Origin: Scyliorhinus canicula
Taxonomy: Eukaryota
Length of the DNA stretch: 64,000 bases
Assembly: GCF_902713615.1 (NCBI RefSeq)
Contig: NW_024055461.1
Coordinates: 4,040,940 to 4,104,939, forward strand
Reading direction: 5' to 3'
The notes under the pieces are model-generated. The model saw nothing but the letters and a program-made list of their open reading frames with translations. It searched no databases and was not told the origin of the DNA. The position numbers and the translations under genes were made by a program. Position 1 is the stretch's first letter. The number at the start of each line of letters is the position of its first letter. Below are positions 60,201-64,000 of this stretch, in pieces.

Positions 60201-61071
60201 CCACCTGCGAAGTCAAATCTGTGCTCCTGACCTCTATACTCTCAATCTCCCGTACCCCAAAACTATAATCCAGGTTCCCGTGCCCCTGCTGAATTAGTTT
60301 AAACCCCCCCAAAGAGCACTAACCAATCTCTCCCCCCCCCCCCCCCCAGGATATTGGTGCCCCTCAGGTTCAGATGTAGACCATCCTGTCTATAGAGGTC
60401 CCACCTTCCCCAGAAAGAGCCCCAGTTATCCAGAAATCTGAATCCCTCCCGCCTGCACCATCCCTGTAGCCAGGTGTTTAATTGCTCTCTCTCCCTATTC
60501 CTCGTCTCACTATCACGTGGCACGGGCAACAGCCCAGAGATAACAATTCTGTTTGTTCTCGCTCTGAGCTTCCATCCTATCTCCCTAAAGGCCTGCCTGA
60601 CATCCTTGTCCCCTTTCCTACCTATGTCGTTAGTGCCAATGTGGACTACGACTTGGGGCTGCTCCCCCTCCCCCTTAAGGACCCGGAAAACACGATCCGA
60701 GACATCACGTACCCTTGCACCTGGGAGGCAACATACCAAACGTGAGTCTCTCTCGCTCCCACAAAATCTCCTATCTGTGCCCCTGACTATTGAGTCCCCA
60801 ATTACAAATGTTCTACTCCTTTCCCCCCTTCCCTTCTGAGCAACAGGGACAGACTCCGTTCCAGAGGCCCGTACCCCATGGCTTACCCCGGTAAGCCGTC
60901 CCCCCCACAAGTATCCAAAACGGTATACTTGTTACTCAGGGGAACGACCGCAGGGGGTCCCTGCGCTGACTGCTTCTTCCCAGTCCCTCTTACAGTTACC
61001 CATCTATCTCCAGTCTTTGGTGTAACTACTTCCCTGAAGCTCCTATCTATGACCACCTCTGCCTCCCGAAT
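57248..61071 (-). mobile_element. CR1 LINE (same family as 49617-53557), 5'-truncated, inserted into a V exon
   Basis: ORF1 SGNH/GDSL-like esterase (FVIGDSIVRG, CLPGARVRD, VHIGTND, DGLHLN), APE and RT; (TTCTATG)n tail at 57248. Confidence 0.96.
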
Positions 61072-61409
61072 GTTCCGACGATACAATTGAATGTAAGGTG
61101 CACCAGCAGCTGAATAGCTGAACCTAATGGTCGCCGAGTCTCCTTCAAACTTCATTGCTGTAGCCGGCTCCTGTGAGATCGAGTCTGCAGCAGTGACACC
61201 TGAACACATTTAGAAAGAGCGAGCGGTAAAATGTATTATACGTTTCCTATAATGCAGACGCTCAGGGAACGGATCACATTATAATGAGCGAAAGAGCGGA
61301 ATAAAATTAACTTCGACGTTGCCCACAACAAGAAGATGACGTAACTTGTAAACTTACCAGGTGTAATAGCTGAAATAGTGAAAAATTAGTTGAAAATGAA
61401 AGCCAGCAT
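61072..61409 (-). pseudogene. TRAV/TRDV: Leader (61358-61409) and 5' half of V exon (61072-61199) of the split TCR V
   Basis: Leader MLAFIFN*FFTISAITP with GTAAG donor. Exon GVTAADSISQEPATAMKFEGDSATIRFSYSAAGAPYIQLYRRN, with first Cys read as Phe and Trp read as Leu. Confidence 0.87.
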
Positions 61410-61540
61410 GTTTCTAGCGAGCTTGTCGCGGTTTTAAACAGAATGATTTGACTCTGTATTGTTTCAGTGACGAGTTGTGGAGATATTCATCTACATCCGG
61501 TCCCTCCAGCGATTGGTTCATCCATGAACGGATCAAGAGA

Positions 61541-61548
61541 TGACGTCC
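61541..61548. promoter_or_regulatory. CRE-like element upstream of TCR V leader
   Basis: TGACGTCC about 130 bp upstream of the ATG. CRE-like decamers are established in TCR V promoters. Confidence 0.4.
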
Positions 61549-61819
61549 AATAAGCGCCCATGTTTTCTTCTCCCCAATTCATCCAATCAGATCACAGCCC
61601 CTTTGTTCTCCATTTCATTACATCAGAACAGGGAGCAGCGAATCAGTGAAGTTGTTTCCCCCAAAGCGGGAACCGAGATTAGGATTCACCACATTGTTAT
61701 CCCTTTAGCGGAGTCAGCGTGTGAGCTGGTGGCAGTGAGGGGAAATTGTTAATGTTGTCCGTGTAACAATGTCAGATGTTCCTATTGAAAGAGATGACTA
61801 CTGACCATATTAATTATAG

Positions 61820-62110
61820 TCTTTATTGTCACAAATAGGCTTACATTGCAATTAAGTTACTGTGAAAAGCACCTAGTCGCCACATTCCGGCGCCTGTTCG
61901 GATACACAGAGGGAGAATTCAGAGTGTCCAACTCACCTAACAAGCACGTCTTTTTGGACTTGTGGGAGGAAACCGCAGCACCCGGAGGAAACCCACGCAG
62001 ACACGGGGAGAATGTGCAGACTCCGCGCAGACAGTGGCTAAAACGGGAATCGAACCTGGTACCCTAGCGATGTGAAGCAACAGTGCTAACCACTGTGCTA
62101 CCATGCTGCT
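61820..62110 (-). mobile_element. V-SINE-like SINE
   Basis: Reverse complement of the 13060 family (gcacagtggttagcactgttgcttcac...ggttcgattcc). Confidence 0.82.
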
Positions 62111-62152
62111 CTTCCTTTGCTATAGTTTGGACGGATTGAGGCGCCTTTGGAA

Positions 62153-62441
62153 CAGTTTCCGGCTAATCACACATTAATACGTGTCAGGGTCAGAGATAAG
62201 AGCACCGGTGACCGTTAACAGAATAGTTCAATTATCTCAGTCCAAGTAAGCAGAGAGGCGGTCTGGGAAATCTCGAAACTTATCTCAGTCTTTGCAGAAT
62301 CTCTTCAGTAGATATTTCAGAGGTTTCCCGGGAAGCGGTATGTTGCTGGATGTGGAATAATTGCAGTTTAGTTGCAACCTTTGCCCTATTGAATCATTAA
62401 TCCATGTGGATCCTGAGACACTAATTGTTGGTCACTTGTTC
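62153..62441 (-). pseudogene. TRAV/TRDV: Highly decayed TCR alpha/delta-type V exon (not in the ORF track)
   Basis: ttgttacag|GTSDQQLVSQDPHGLMIQ*G-QRLQLNCNYSTSS...LPGKPLKYLLKR...FPDRLSAYLD*DN*TILLTVTGALISDPDTY*CVIS. FR2 Trp region deleted; heptamer decayed to GAAACTG. Confidence 0.72.
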
Positions 62442-63139
62442 CTGTAACAAAAACATGGAACGAGCCAGAATTCCGTGAATACCTGTAACCAATGGAATAC
62501 AAACGGACCATTGAAATACGGACTCACTGGAAAGCACTGCTATCATCATCAGTAAGAGATATGGCAGCACATGGTGGCTGATTTAGATGAGATAAATACA
62601 AAACATGTGAAAATCTGTTGACTCTGATATTGAAGACAAATTCGGAGAAGGGGAAGATGTTGCTTGTTACTAGAATAGGGGCGTGTCTCTTTGACAGGTT
62701 TGACTAACTTCTAAGATTGGCAACAGATGTACGCCAACCAGAGCTGGTTGTGAATCAGTTATGGATGCCTCCCGTCCAACATTAACCTTGTGAATGAAGT
62801 TCTGTTTCTCCTGCCCCGCTCTCCCTCTCTGTCCCATACCCTCTCTCTCTCTCTGCTTTCCCCACTTTCATCACTTAATTTAACTTAATTCACATTTTTT
62901 CTCTCCAATCTCTCTCTCGCATCGTCTATTCCTTTCACTCTTTCTCATTGAATATCGGCTTCACTCTGCGTTAATCTCCTTATACCCTTACGCCTCTCTA
63001 TCCCTCTCGATATCGCTCTTTCTCTGCCACCTTCCCTCTCTGTCTCTGTTTATAATGTGGGAAGGTGAAAGTAATTGTGCTTGTTGCCAATCACGGTAAT
63101 AAGTGTCCCACTCAATGAGCTCAACTACTGCTGATAGTT

Positions 63140-63490
63140 GGGGCAGCACGGTAGCATTGTGGATAGCACAATCGCGTCATAGCTCCAGGGTCCCAGGTTC
63201 GATTCCGGCTTGGGTCACTGTCTGTGCGGGGTCTGCACATCCTCCCCGTGTGTGCATGGGTTTCCTCCGGGTGCTCCGGTTTCCTCCCACAGTCACAAAG
63301 ATGTGCAGGTTAGGTGGATTGGCTATGATAAATTGCCCTTAGTGTCCAAAATTGCCCTTAGTGTTGGGTGGGGTTACTGGGTTATGGGGATAGGGTGGTG
63401 GTGTTGACCTTGGGTAGGGTGCTCTTTCCAAGAGCCGGTGCAGACTCGATGGGCCGAATGGCCTCCTTCTGCACTGTAAATTCTATGATA
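63140..63490 (+). mobile_element. Full-length V-SINE/HE1-like SINE
   Basis: ggggcagcacggtagcattgtggatagcac...ggttcgattcc head, V-domain core, and CR1-like tail ...ctgtaaattctatga. Confidence 0.9.
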
Positions 63491-64000
63491 GCTGAGACGC
63501 ATTAGAGACATTAGAGCTTCCTGGATCCCCAGGACTGTCTCTTTTGTTGGGGGGGGGGGAGGGGCAAAGTTGCTCTGGTGAACTCCTCTGCGACCTTCCC
63601 ACGTACGGGATTACAATTGCACTGGGCTGGGAACTATCCAAAAAAGAGACGTATATCGTTAACTTCGGATGATTTTTGCCACTTTAAGCCTAATAGCTAC
63701 TCTGAAAGGTAGAAGGGTAAAAAACCTCTAACTCCAGATTGACAATTTAAACACCCAGGCCTAACCTCACACAGGGCAGCCTGGACACACAGTCCCACTC
63801 TCTTCCCTTCCCAGGAGAACCCCCACACCCACCCCACCCTTGACAAGCCAAAGCCGCCCATTTACACCCGCCCCCATCCCACCGCCCGCCCAAACCATGG
63901 GCCCAGCCCGAACGCCCTCATCCGACAATGCCGACACCACCCCTCATGTCACCCCACGACTCGGCCTGACCCCTCCCTCCTGAGCACCAGCTACCCCAAG

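Overview
This is vertebrate genomic DNA from a cartilaginous fish. The SINE and LINE content looks catshark-like, which is an inference. It is not prokaryotic, and most of the supplied ORF track is spurious or transposon-derived. The core of the window is one complete minus-strand immunoglobulin heavy-chain (IgM) mini-cluster: leader, VH, JH, Cmu1-4 with secretory tail, TM1 and TM2 (about 7.8-32.1 kb). Its VH is already fused in the genomic sequence to D-like and N-like nucleotides and is followed by a 12-bp-spacer RSS, a pre-joined VD(D)-J configuration facing an unjoined JH with a 23-RSS. The secretory form is open throughout, but the TM1 exon carries two 1-bp deletions. From 53.7 to 62.4 kb lie four TCR alpha/delta-type V segments with 23-RSS, all defective as written; one is inverted and one is split by a 3.8-kb CR1 insertion. 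The IgM cluster therefore appears to sit in or beside the TCRalpha/delta V array. The remainder is transposons: a Ty3/Gypsy element with a 2-kb gag repeat expansion, Penelope-like elements carrying minimal hammerhead ribozymes, L1/Tx1-like, CR1 and RTE LINEs, and many V-SINE/HE1-like SINEs. The J-C intron holds an AGCT-rich 29-bp array just upstream of Cmu1. Several stretches (about 52.7-53.3, 56.5-57.2 and 58.7-59.6 kb) look like poor consensus, so individual indel lesions need read-level confirmation. Repeat boundaries are approximate.
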